NCBI RefSeq assembly: GCF_006345805.1
Contig: NC_043006.1
Span: 54,746,001 to 54,810,000, forward strand
Direction: 5' to 3'
Length of the DNA stretch: 64,000 nucleotides
Source: Octopus sinensis
Lineage: Eukaryota
Shown here: piece by piece, positions 25,375-37,215 of the stretch
How positions within the stretch are numbered: position 1 is the stretch's first letter
Layout: each line of letters opens with the position of its first letter
Notes under the pieces: generated by a model
Told to the model about the DNA's origin: nothing
Seen by the model: the letters and a program-made list of their open reading frames with translations, nothing else
Databases searched by the model: none
Made by a program: the position numbers and the translations under genes

Positions 25375-26287
25375 AACATCAATGGAATTTGTATCTTTGT
25401 GGTACCAGTGCCGGTGGCACGTGGCACATAAGAAAACCATCCGAACGTGGCCGTAGCCAGTACCGCATCGACTGGCCTCCGTGCTGTGGGCACGTAACAA
25501 GCACCATCCGATCGTGGCCGTTTGCCAGCCTCATCTGGCACCTGTGTCGGTGGCACATAAAAACACCATCCGAGCGTGGCCGTCTGCCAGCCTCGTCTGG
25601 CACCTGTGTCGGTGGCACATAAAAACACCATCCGAGCGTGGCCGTCTGCCAGCCTCGTCTGGCACCTGTGTCGGTGGCACATAAAAAACACCATCCGAGC
25701 GTGGCCGTCTGCCAGCCTCGTCTGGCACCTGTGTCGGTGGCACATAAAAAACACCATCCGAGCGTGGCCGTTTGCCAGCCTCGTCTGGCACCTGTGTCGG
25801 TGGCACATAAAAACACCATCCGAGCGTGGCCGTCTGCCAGCCTCGTCTGGCACCTGTGTCGGTGGCACATAAAAAACACATCCGAGCGTGGCCGTTGCCA
25901 GCCTCGTCTGGCACCTGTGTCGGTGGCACATAAAAACACCATCCACTCTGGCGTTTGTCAGCCTCGTCTGGCACCTGTGTCGTGGCACATAAAAACACCA
26001 TCCGAGCGTGGCCGTCTGCCAGCCTCGTCTGGCACCTGTGTCGGTGGCACATAAAAACCACCATCCGAGCGTGGCCGTTTTCAGCTGATCGATGGCACCT
26101 GTGTCGGTGGCACATAAAATCACCCATACACTCTCGGATTGGTTATATATAGGAAGGGCATCCAGCTGTAGAAACACTGCCAGATCTGACTGGATGTGGT
26201 GCAGCTTTCGGGCTCCCCTACCCCAGTTGAAACGTCCAACCCATGCTAGCATGGAAGCGGACGTTTAAATGATGATGATGATGATGA
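25375..26287 (+). mobile_element. Family-D retroposon (RTE-like (GAT)n tail) with an expanded internal tandem array
   Basis: 3-prime end CCAACCCATGCTAGCATGGAAGCGGACGTTTAAATGATGATG matches the reverse complements of copies at about 17690, 29930, 57470, 60350 and 61038. Confidence 0.8.
25503..26121 (+). repeat. Minisatellite: ten units of 59-63 bp
   Basis: Unit ACCATCCGAGCGTGGCCGTCTGCCAGCCTCGTCTGGCACCTGTGTCGGTGGCACATAAAAAC; units start at 25503, 25565, 25627, 25690, 25753, 25815, 25878, 25938, 25997 and 26060. Confidence 0.95.
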
Positions 26288-26546
26288 TATGTATATGTAT
26301 ATATATAATTATATATATATATATATATATTATAATATTAATTTATATATATATGTATGTATGTATGTGTGTATTTATATATGTAAATGTATAAATATAT
26401 TTGTATGTATGAAGGTGTGTATGTATGTATATATGTATGAATGTGTGTATGTATGTATGTATGTATCTATGTATGTGTGTATGTATATTATGTATTAAAT
26501 TATATATATAATATATTTATATATGTATGTATGTATCTGTAGTATA

Positions 26547-26609
<63 letters not shown>

Positions 26610-26730
26610 GTATGTGTGTGTGTATGTATATATGTAAATGTATAATAATATATGTATGTATGAAGGTGTGTATGTATGTATATATGTATGAATGTGTGTA
26701 TGTATGTATGTGTGTGTATGTATATGTATG
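26270..26730. repeat. (GAT)n, (TA)n and (TATG)n low-complexity tract
   Basis: Direct reading. Confidence 0.9.
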
Positions 26731-27755
26731 TATATCTTTTGTTAAATATGACTACATAAGCTTAGGTTTTCCCACGATAAATTTATACAAAGCCAGCAAC
26801 TAAACAAAAATAAAAAAATAAAGAAGCTATGAAAAGAAGGGTGTTAAAAAGAAAAAGCAGCCAAAAAATATAAAGACTGCTTCATATTTCTGTGTGTTTA
26901 TCTTACCAAAATAGATTGGTGAATTGTGTAACACATATAACGCATGCATGCAAACACATAAAAAAAGTCTCCAATTCAATGTGTTTTTTTCTTGTAAAAT
27001 CGAGTTACCTACATCCCTGCCTCTTTCCTTAGAGTGTATTTGTGTGTACAAAAATGTGTGTGTGTGTATAGAGAGAAGAGGTATACATAGATACACACAC
27101 ACACACACACACACACAGAGTAAAATATAATATCAATAGTGTTAAAATCTGCCCTTCTGTCATATAATTCTGCCCTTCCTGTCATATAACAATTGGACAC
27201 AGAAAAAATTTAAAAGAAAATTCTTTTTCTTTTTTTCACTGTCGAAACAGATAATGTAATATATTTTTATTTTACAGCAAACTCATGGCAGATTAGAGTT
27301 ATTTTTTTGTTGGTAGAGGGTGTCTAGGTGACATTCTGTTTTTCTCAAGAGTACCAGAAATCTTAGAGAAGGCATGTCTTAACTAGGCTTCAAATCTGGG
27401 TCATAGATTCAGTTTAATGAGAAATTACTGCCAGATTTGAGATTTATAAAAATTAAAATATCAATAATAATTAATAATATAAAGAAGATAATATTCTTTT
27501 GTTACTTTTGGTACAAAGTCAGAAATATTGAGGGAAGTAGGCAAGTTGAATTCATTGACTCAAGCACTTAACTGCTATTTTATTCTATTGACCCTGAAAA
27601 GATCGAAGGCAAAGTCAACCTTATTGAGATTTGAACTTAGGATGTAAATAGCCAGAAAAAATGCCACTAAGCATTTTTTTCCTGGCACATTATCAATTCT
27701 GCCAACTTGTTGCTGAGAAGATAATACAAATGATAATAATAAATTCTCTCTATTT

Positions 27756-27978
27756 CAGTAATCCCTCGACTATCGCGGGTGTTACGTTCCAAAGCCACCC
27801 CATGATGTGTGAAAATCTGCGAAGTAGAAACAGTACTATACTGTATATTTTAAAAATTATTTTTATAATTTGTATATATTTATTTTATTATAAATGCAAA
27901 AGAACACCACGGAGGAATCAACGTAAGCTTAAATAATAAACTATGATAAGTGAACCACAGTGTGGCGAGGGATTACTG
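27756..27978. mobile_element. pogo/Tigger-like MITE
   Basis: TIRs CAGTAATCCCTCG / CGAGGGATTACTG; TA on the right flank, TT on the left. Confidence 0.75.
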
Positions 27979-30268
27979 TATATAGGTACAAGGCTTGAAA
28001 TTTTGCGGGAGGGAGCTAGTTGATCACATTGGCTTCAGTGCTCAACTGGCACTTATTTTATCAACACTAAAAAGATGAAAGACAAAATTGATCCCAGTGG
28101 AATTTGTACTCAAAACAGAAAGACAAATGAAATAGCACCAAACATTTTGTCTGGTATGCTAACGATTCTGCCAGTTCACCCCCTTAATAATATTAATAAC
28201 TCAGAGTGTAAGGAACTGGAACAGATACTACAAAACATTACTGAAACTCTAAAAATCTTATTTATCCACCTCCCTTAATAGTTGTTTCTATATAGGCACA
28301 AGGCCTGAGATTTGAGGGAGTGGGTTTTGTCAATTAAACCAACTCCAGTGCTTCACTGGTACTTTATTTTATTGACCTCAGAAGTATGAAAAGTAAAGTT
28401 GACTCAGTGGAATTTTGAACTTAGCACATGAAAAACAAATATTGCAAGGCATTTATTCCACTGCTAAAATGTTTGTAGCCTGATGCTTTAATAAACCTTT
28501 CTACTATAGGTACAAGGCCTAAAATTTTGGAGGAGGGTGTTAGTTGATTACATCAATCTCAGTACTCAACTGGTGCTTATTTTATCGAACACCAAAAGAA
28601 TGAAAGGCAAAGTCCACCTTGGGACATTTGAACTCAGAATATAAAGCCAAAAGAAATACCCCCAAGCATTTTGTCTGACATCATAACGACTCTGCCAGCT
28701 TACCATCTTTTGCTACCTTAATAATGATGATGATGGTGGTGGTTCTATTGGTGCAAGTACACAAGTATTGGGCCAGGCAATAGATGATTAAATGATTTTA
28801 GTGAACTTATTTTATCAACTTCTGAATGGTAAAAGACAAATTTGTTGCCAGTGAGATATAACAGACACTATAGAACATTGTCTCTGCTGCTCGGCCAGTT
28901 CTGTCCAACACTGGCTTCTTTGATGATTATAATATCAATTTTGTTTTTAACACAAGGCATAGATTTCATAGAAAGAAGGAGAATAAGGCGTTATAGAGTT
29001 CATGTTTTTTGAAGAACTTTTGAAATATTAGTGTGGCAATATGGTTTCATGAAGGTAAAAATAATGGAGCTATACAATTTCAGTCCACTTTTTCACTCTT
29101 TCAACAATATTTCTAACAATTTTGATGATAGTATTAAACAGCATTTTTATTGCTGGCAAAATGACAACTTTTTCATTCGTTTCATTTAGATTAATTTTAT
29201 TTATAGATACAATATTTTTTCTTCACTTTTCTCTGGTTTTGTGTTACTTAATCTGCACACTCTGTTCATCAGTGTAAATTAAATGTTTGAGTTATAAAGA
29301 AAAGATCAAATTGCATAAGGTTTTAATTTTATTTTAAGAATTATATTTAGTTTAAATTCATTAAAGAAAAAATTTTAAAAATTTGTTGTTCAAATACTGA
29401 TGAAAGAATTATCTCCCTTCAACATGCGCTTTAGCATTCCGCTCCATTTACTGGAATGGCAAGTATTCCTAGGTTATGATTAAGCCCATCCATCATCAAA
29501 AGTCATTCTAGCCCTGACCATACCATCTGTTCAAGCCCTTGTTTATCATAGAATACACTATCCAAAAAACTTATTTAAAAAAAAATGGTATTGTATCAGA
29601 GTGTTTTGAGAGAAATTTAGCTACTATTTCTAGCAGGTCGAGTGACCAGGTAGAGGACCTGTCACTGGGTCGTGTTGTTAAGGTTATATTTCAGGTAAAT
29701 TTCCAGTTTGTCTGTGAGCAAATTGTTTTGTTTTATTTATTATTTTGTTGCATCCATCTAATTCCTGAAATACTATATTGAAACTAGTCAGAAGTCAGTC
29801 AGTGCATATCTTTATGTCTCTTTTGTTAAGTAGTACCCACCTCTGCAACATATAAATATATAATACATATGTGTATGTGTGTGTGTGTGTATGTAGATAT
29901 ATGTATGCATATATCATTACCATCATCATCATCATCATCATCACCATTATTTACCATTTTCCATGTTGGCATGGGTTGCATTGCTTCATAGAAGCTGGCA
30001 AGTCAGAAAACTTTGCCATGCTCCACTGCCTGCATTGGCATGGTTTCTATGGCTGGATGCCCTTCCTAGTGCCAGCACTGAGGACAGTGTATTGGGTGCT
30101 TTGTACATGGAACCAGTAGCAGTGCAGTCACCAAATAATTTACAAGACAAGACTCCTCAGCTGATGTTGAGGAGTAGTGTTAAGGAGGGTGGCTTTGTGC
30201 CAGTTGAGAGGTTAGAGTATGAGTAGGAGGGCAGAAATAGGCGTCTTGTAATATATATGTATGTTATA

Positions 30269-30696
30269 GGTGTAGGAGTGGCTGTGTGGTAAGTAGCTTG
30301 CTTACGAACCACATGATTCCGGGTTCAGTTCCACTGCGTGGCACCTTGGGTAAGTGTCTTCTACTATAGTCTCGGGCCGACCAAAGCCTTGTGAGTGGAT
30401 TTGGTAGGCGGAAACTGAAAGCAGCCCATCGTATATATGTATATATATATATATGTGTGTATGTGTGTGTATATATGTTTGTGTGTCTGTGTTTGTCTAC
30501 CCAACATCACTTGGCAACTGAAGCTGGTGTGTTTACGTACCCGTAGCTTAGCGGTTCGACAAAAGAGACCAATAGAATAAGTACTAGGCTTGCAAAGAAT
30601 AAGTCCTGGGGTCGATTTGCTTGACTAAAGGCGGTGCTCCAGCATGGCCACAGTCAAATGACTGAAACAAGTAAAGAGAGAGAGAGTAAAAGAGTA
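30269..30696 (+). mobile_element. Family-A tRNA SINE, full length
   Basis: Head GGTGTAGGAGTGGCTGTGTGGTAAG, CORE-like segment, internal TA/TG repeat, GAGTAAAAGAG tail. Confidence 0.85.
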
Positions 30697-31638
30697 ATAG
30701 ATCAGCAAGCTGGCAGAATTGTTAGTACATTGGATAGAATGCTTAATGTCATTTCATCTGACCAGTTGATAACATTAAGTGGTAAATATGACAATATCTT
30801 GAGTGTTTTGGGGCCCTATTAATTCTCCTTATGGAAACTCTTTCGTAGCATTATCTATGGTAATCATAAATATCGGTCTGTCTGTCTGTTTGTCCATCCA
30901 TCTGTTCATCCACCTGTCTTTATTTTCTATATCTATCTGTATTTCTTTTTCTATATGTAGGGATGACGAGCCTATGGCAAATGTATCAGCAATGTGATGT
31001 TGTGGATTTTTAGGTAACAGATGATGAGTTTTGGAAAAAAAAAAATCTTCCTGCAATATCATTTTCTAAAAAGCTTATCTACAAGTATTTATCAAAAAGT
31101 AAAATACATACATATGCATTTCAGTGATACTCCAGTGATGGGATTATTAAAGAAATTAGAATGTTAACATATTGGGCTAAAAAGCTTTTTCCATCACTGT
31201 TCCAACAGTGGACACATTCACAGGGCATTATGCACTGTTGAAACAAGGAAATATACACATAGCCAGTTTTAGTATTTGCTTAGTTCCTCTACAAATATTT
31301 TAAGTTTCTTTCGCATCTCCCATCTCTGCCTGTCTGTTTGTCTGTCTCTGACTGTCTTTCATCTCTCTCTCTCTTTGTCTCTGTCTGCCTGACCCACTCT
31401 CTCTTATCTTTCTCTCACTCTCTCTGTCTATCTGTCTGTCTGTTTCTCTATCTCTCTTTGAAAAAGGGCTTTGTTCAAAATGTGAATAGTTCACATCTCC
31501 CTAGCAATGTACTAACTTATTCAAATGTTTTAGTATGTATGATCCAAGATGTGCCAAATAAATTAATTGAATAATATAAAACATAATATTAAAAAAAAAT
31601 TTATTTATAATTTTATTTATTTATTCTTCTTCTTACAG

Positions 31639-31749
31639 AAAGAAACCCCATCTGATCAACAACTCCACCTGGCAGCATTGCAAGGTAATCTGGACCAGTT
31701 ATGTAAAGTTCTGGACAGTGGCAAAGTCCATGTGGACTGTAAAGACAAG
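31639..31749 (+). CDS. ANKRD29: Internal coding exon of an ankyrin repeat domain-containing protein 29-like gene (KETPSDQQLHLAALQGNLDQLCKVLDSGKVHVDCKDK)
   Basis: Polypyrimidine tract plus TTACAG acceptor ending at 31638, GTAACT donor at 31750; 111 nt, phase 0/0. Peptide resembles the ANKRD29 N-terminus as I recall it (KETP...GN...LL.SG.V.VDC.D). Symbol is from recall, not a search. Confidence 0.85.
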
Positions 31750-31910
31750 GTAACTGACATCAAGTTTTTCTTTAACTTCTATCCAGACGAATTATTTCCC
31801 AAAAAATATTTCATTTTGAATAGATATTTTTTTTTACTTAGAAATTCTAAACTTTTGTGATTTTATTGCTGAAAATCTTCTATTTCATATTTTATGATTT
31901 CTTATAAATA

Positions 31911-32275
31911 CAGGGTGCAATGGATAAATCATTGCCATTTTGTATTTTTAATTTCATGCATGCACATTTTGTTTTTGATTTTGTTAATTACACAATATAG
32001 TAGTGTTAGTTGGGCACTTTCTGTGACAAAAACAGCACTCTGCCAGAAATTTGGAAACGACATGCTGTACTGCTTGGCATTTGTGCCAGGAGCTCCAATA
32101 CAAACATTTCAGAGTCTTTGGGTGTCAATCTGAAGACAGTGCAATCTGAGGACATGTACTGAGAGTGATAAAAATCAAACATCCAGTCAACATCATGGTG
32201 TTTAGAGTGATCACTAGGGATGACGAAGTTATGCCTCCATTCATCTTCCCACACAGCCTCAGACTCAACTTTTGC
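31911..32275 (+). pseudogene. Internally deleted Tc1/mariner (maT/DD37D-like) element
   Basis: TA then CAGGGTG TIR start. HTH-like PEIWKRHAVLLGICARSSNTNISESLGVNLKTVQ is joined directly to KHPVNIMVFRVITRDDEVMPPFIFPHSLRLN (cf. QHPASVMVW.GI...G.TPL.F). Confidence 0.7.
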
Positions 32276-34710
32276 AGGCACAATGTATTACCATTTTATT
32301 TCTTGAAATTTTCAGTTGACATAGATAGTTTAATTCATGTTCAACATCTTAACCAAAGTAAATAGATGACTCATTTATGAACTTTGATCTTAACATGGGG
32401 CGCCTCAACTGTGGAGGCCTTCTGCATCTACAGAGGTTGCAGGGGCTTAGCTATGGCCCTGATAAGTGGAAATTGATATATAGCTTGGTCAGTTCCCATT
32501 ACCCTTGGTTACCAAACATATAAACTTTCATGACAGGGTTAAATATTTAATACTGCTGTATTAAAGATTTTCTTCATCAAGCAGAAAATATCTTATTTCT
32601 TATACAATCCTTAAATGCTATTGTAGTGGTGCAACTGTTGCTTCAACACACACACACACTCTCTCTCTCTCTCTCATACATATACTTACACATTGTAGAC
32701 TACTTCTAAAATAAGGCCATCTGAGGATTGACCTGTAAACCTTCATTCACCAACACATTGCCACCACATGCTCACTGATTTACTGTCTTCCTGCTTTCTT
32801 CTTTCCTCTCTCTTTTTCTCTCTCTCTCTGTGTTTCTCTATTTTTACTATGTCTCCTACTCTGAATTTCCAAGCTGCATCAACTAAGCCCTCTTGATTCA
32901 CCTGCTTCTCTTGCTTTTCTCCTTCATCACCTTTTTAAACCTTATGCTAAACATATATCCCTCAATCCTGACTCATCAGATCTCAATCTTCTGAAGGTAA
33001 TCACTACTCATGTGTTACTTATGAGAGCGATCGACTTGCATGAGTTTTAAGCTGTTCATCAACTATATCGTTTCCCTAGCATAGAGGATACTTGAGAGGC
33101 TCCTCCTCCTCCTAATTACACTTTTTCAAAGTGTAAGCTCACAGAAATTATGGAGGTGAGGACACAATCAATTACTGTATTTATTCATGTATAAGTCACA
33201 TCACTAATTTAGTATTAAATCTTGGTACAAAATTTCTTTTTCTTCCTAGTTTTAGCTTTGATCCCTGTAGAAGTCGCAAGCCAGTTTTTGCAATTAAAAC
33301 CAACTATAAAATTGTGTGACTTCATGCATGATTAAACATGGTAAATTGACCTCAATACATGTCTAGGACTTATTTTATGAATCCTGAAAAATAAAAAAAA
33401 AGAAATGAAAAAACGAAAAGGATAGTTATTCCTGGAATATAAAAGCCTATTATTTTGGTGACATGCTAAATCCCAGTTGATCCCAGGAAGTAAAAGGCTG
33501 TTATTAAGTGATACACTAAGCAAGGCATGTAATGTACCCTTTCCCAAATCTATTATCTCACCATTATCCCTCAAACTTCAGTAACGATTTTTGACATAAG
33601 CACAAAGCCACACATTTTTGGGGGAGTGCGATCAAGTAAAGGGAGATATAGTTGATGTAATCCACTTCACAGTGCTTATTTTAGGGACCTTGGAAAGATG
33701 AAAGGCAGAGTTGGTCTCAGTGAATTTTCAACACTGAATGTAAAGAAATCTAATTAAATACCACAGGGTATTTGTCCACTACCCTACTGATTCTGGTATC
33801 TAACTGACTGCTATTAGACTCTTCAGTTGTACTGCTTTTGCAGATTCCCGTGACTCTCTGTTGCTATCCAGTTCTATTATTATGAATTTGAATTGGGAGC
33901 TTGAGTTATAGTGACTCTTTCATTAACTGATTATACAACCGTGGGTGCCACCCCTATGGATGTATTGCAGTTACTCTCATGATAGAGCTTGGTGATCGTG
34001 ACCATTGATCTTTTAGGATTCCTCCATTCAGCATCAATGTAAGAAGCACCATTGGCTCAGTTGAGTTCTTTCACTACCTCTTCACAATCTGCCATGCTGC
34101 AGTCCCATGACTTTGCTGTATCTGTGGCAGGGTGGCTGAATGGTGCTTTACTTTGCCAAAGGGTAACCCATAACTATGCAGAGCAAGGTCATCACTCCAT
34201 AAGGTATTTTCAAAATATCAGCATACCCAGGCCATTTGACTGAATAATAATAGACATTTCTAATTTAGATACAAAGGCTAGTAATTCTGAAATGTAGGGG
34301 TTAAACAATGTGATCAACCCCATACTTCACTGGTACATTATTTTATTGACCCTTGAAGGATGAAAGTCAAAGTAGACTTTGGCAGGATTTGAACTCAGAA
34401 TGTAAAGTGTTAGAACAAATACTGCAAAGCATTTTCCTGATGCTCTAAAGATATATGCTTTTCATGTAGGTACTGGTTGGAACATAGTTGATTAAACTGA
34501 CCTTGGTCTTTGACTAGTTTCTATTTCATTGACTTGAAAGGTGAAGTAGACCTTGACAAGATTTGAACTTAGAATATAAAGGGTAAAGGACCATGACTAA
34601 ATGCTGCAAGCCATTTTGGCAACAGAAAAGGCATCTGGCCATAGAAAATCTGCCTCAACAAATTCTATTTAACCCATGAAAGCATGGAAAAGTGAACATT
34701 AAATAATAAC

Positions 34711-35053
34711 ACAGTTCTATATATAAGAGATGAGGAATTACGTACATTATTTACATTCGACAGATATTTGTCCTCATCTTGTTTGTTGTTAACACAACAT
34801 TTTGACTGATATACCCTCCAGCTTTCTTTTTCAGGTGTCTTGGGGAAATTTCGAACCTGGGTTCTTATTCCTAAGGTATTTTTCTAAGGTATTAATAATA
34901 ATAATAATAACATCGAAAAATACCTTAGGAATGAGAACCCAGGTTTGTAATTTCCCAAAGACACCTGAAGAAGGCTGGAGGGTATATCAACCGAAACATT
35001 GTGTTAACAACAAACAAGATGAGGACAAATATCTGTTGAATGTAAATAATGTA
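34711..35053. mobile_element. Inverted pair of Penelope-like terminal repeats
   Basis: Arms 34743-34884 and 34915-35053 with a 30-nt spacer; same family as 14301-14480. Confidence 0.85.
34960..35005 (+). ncRNA. Minimal type-I hammerhead motif (same family as 14390)
   Basis: GACAC-CTGAAGA-A-GGCTG-GAGGGTATAT-CAACC-GAA-ACAT-T-GTGTT; one mismatch in stem II. The mirror copy at 34791-34839 has a broken core. Confidence 0.65.
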
Positions 35054-35737
35054 TTAAATAATAATGATGATAATGATTTCTGTCCATTACCCTGCTGATT
35101 CATTACCCTAATATGTGGTTGCCCTACTTGACTATGAAGACAGTAGCTTCTAAATAACAACCGACGTGGGACTGTGGAAACCTGTCTAACTCATATCCAC
35201 TCTAGAAAGTGGATATAAAAATGATGGTGATGGCAGTGGTGACGATGATGCTGACAAAGCCACCACCAACAATGCCAACAAAAAGAATGTTCTATAAACA
35301 ATTCAGTATAAATATCAGTTATTGTAACCCAGAGGCTAGTTCCATATTTATCGATTGCCAGTATTGTCTGATCTGAAACTGTAATTTCCTAATTACATTT
35401 CTATATTTTTGAGACGTTAATATTAGAGTAGTAAATATTGATCTGACTATTAAGTTCATTTTTACATTTTTCATTTTGTTACACTGCCAAAATACCGTAT
35501 CATTTATTACATGTGTACATTGATACATGTTATTAAACTGGCGAGAAAAAGCACACTTGTCAACATTTCCAATTTCCTCTTCCTTATATCTATGGTCTGA
35601 TGGTTATGTAAGAAATCAGTAGATTGCCAGACCAAATGCCTTATAATGTAGACAGCAACACCCTTCACTGTCCCTCAATTTTTTCCTTTGGAATTGTCTA
35701 CATGCAACCTGAATACTCCTTACATTATCACCTAGAG

Positions 35738-35983
35738 CAGTGTTTCTCAACCATTTTTTACCCATAGACCCCATTGATTCCTATTTTGTTCAGATGTATC
35801 CTCCTAGCCATTTAATGTTTAAAAAATCATATTTTTAGAATTAAATATTATTAGGAATTGTGTAAAAAAATTATTAAGATATTTTGTATATTATAGAAGT
35901 ATAACCAATATATTGTAGATGAATTTCAACAAAATCTTATATGGACTCCCAGGGACCATATGGATTCTGGTTGAGAACCATTG
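35738..35983. mobile_element. hAT-type MITE
   Basis: TIRs CAGTGTTTCTCAACC / GGTTGAGAACCATTG; 8-bp TSD ACCTAGAG / TCCTAGAG. Confidence 0.8.
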
Positions 35984-36474
35984 TCCTAGAGTATTTCAAT
36001 GGGGACATGAATGCCCATTATCTTTCAACAGCATAAAGACACAATCACAACACTTGCCAAGGGAACAGATTTGTACATCACCCCCTACAACACACAAATG
36101 ATAAACTGCTAAAACCCTCTGCCTCGGTACAAATATGAGGTTACACCTGTCTTCTACTATAACTCCAAATTGACAGTAGATGGAAACTGTATGGACAATC
36201 CCTTATCACTTATGTTAGCAGAGATTCAGCGATCGGTTTAATGATTAGCCCATTGGAAACCTATATCCAACAATGTTATTATTAGTCACCAGTTGTGGTG
36301 TAAAATAAGTACATACATAAATCACCATTTCTACTATTATCACCATTAGTATGATCATCATCTCTTCTACCTCAATCTCTATGCTGACGGAGAAAAATAT
36401 AACGATGTTGTAAGAGATAGACCACAATGGATTCAGCAAGGTGTGATTAAATTCAATATCCAGACCACTACTAG

Positions 36475-36855
36475 TAAAGTCACTAGACAAGTGACTATTA
36501 TATTAGTGAATACTATATTTGTAGTTATTCTTACAGTGACCACTATGCTAGTAATCATTAATATAATGACCACTAGACCAGTGATCTCTCTTTTAATGGA
36601 CACAATATAGTGGTCACTGTGTTAATAACTACAAGAATAGTATTCAAGTATAGTGACACTAGTATGGTGGTCAACAGTGATGGTCACTATGTTAATAACT
36701 TCAAGTATAGTACATATATGTATCATATAAGTACAGTGACCATTATTCTTGTAGTCATCATTCTTGTGGTCATTAATATAGTGACCACTAATTGAGTGGT
36801 CACTATATCAATAATTGCAAGAAGAGTGGTCATTTGTATAGTTACCACTATACAA
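36475..36855. repeat. Cryptic array of TAGTGACCACTA-like motifs in both orientations
   Basis: More than 12 degenerate copies, e.g. near 36535, 36566, 36608, 36680, 36735, 36780, 36796, 36826 and 36839; more at 37349 and 37779-37810. Confidence 0.7.
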
Positions 36856-37000
36856 GTACAATACTGACTTTCTGGAACCTTTCGTAATCTGCACTAATTT
36901 ATGAGCAGGAATTTCAAATTCTCACAGCTGCCAAACTAGTTTACTGATACTTTACTCAGACTAGTAACTTGCACAGTACAGTATTAATAAACTTGTATCA

Positions 37001-37215
37001 AAAGGCGGCAAGCTGGCAGAAATGTTAGCACACCGGGCGAAATGCTTAGTGGTATTTTGTCTGCCATTATGTTCTGAGTTCAAATTCTGCCAAGGTCGAC
37101 TTTGCCTTTCATCCTTTTGGGGTCAATAAATTAAGTACCAGTTACATATTGGAGTTGATCTAATCGACTAGTCCCCTCCCCCAAAATTTCAGGCCTTGTA
37201 CCTAGAGGAGAAAAG
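37001..37215 (+). mobile_element. Family-B tRNA SINE (GCCTTTCATCCTTTTGGGGTC...AAGTACCAG central domain, Meta-domain-like from recall)
   Basis: 15-bp TSD AATAAACTTGTATCA at 36986-37000 and 37216-37230; many further copies across the window. Confidence 0.9.

Noticed and set aside
25520-25560. CCA-GCCTCGTC-TGG resembles the P3/L3 element of HDV-like ribozymes
   Set aside because: L3 starts with G rather than U, no GG follows the putative P1 strand for P1.1, and P1 and P2 partners could not be assigned.
25503-26121. CRISPR-like appearance of the regular array
   Set aside because: Units are contiguous with no unique spacers, there are no cas genes, and the context is a eukaryotic retroposon.
25344-26252. 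302-aa and overlapping 138-198-aa ORFs
   Set aside because: They are translations of the 62-bp minisatellite in shifting frames; no protein-like features.
29048-29060. ATGAAG|GTAAAA as a possible two-codon start exon of the ankyrin gene
   Set aside because: Phase is compatible, but such a short match is expected by chance and there is no promoter or splice evidence.
29397-29435. CTGATGA followed by a weak hairpin
   Set aside because: No GAAA and no stem I partner.
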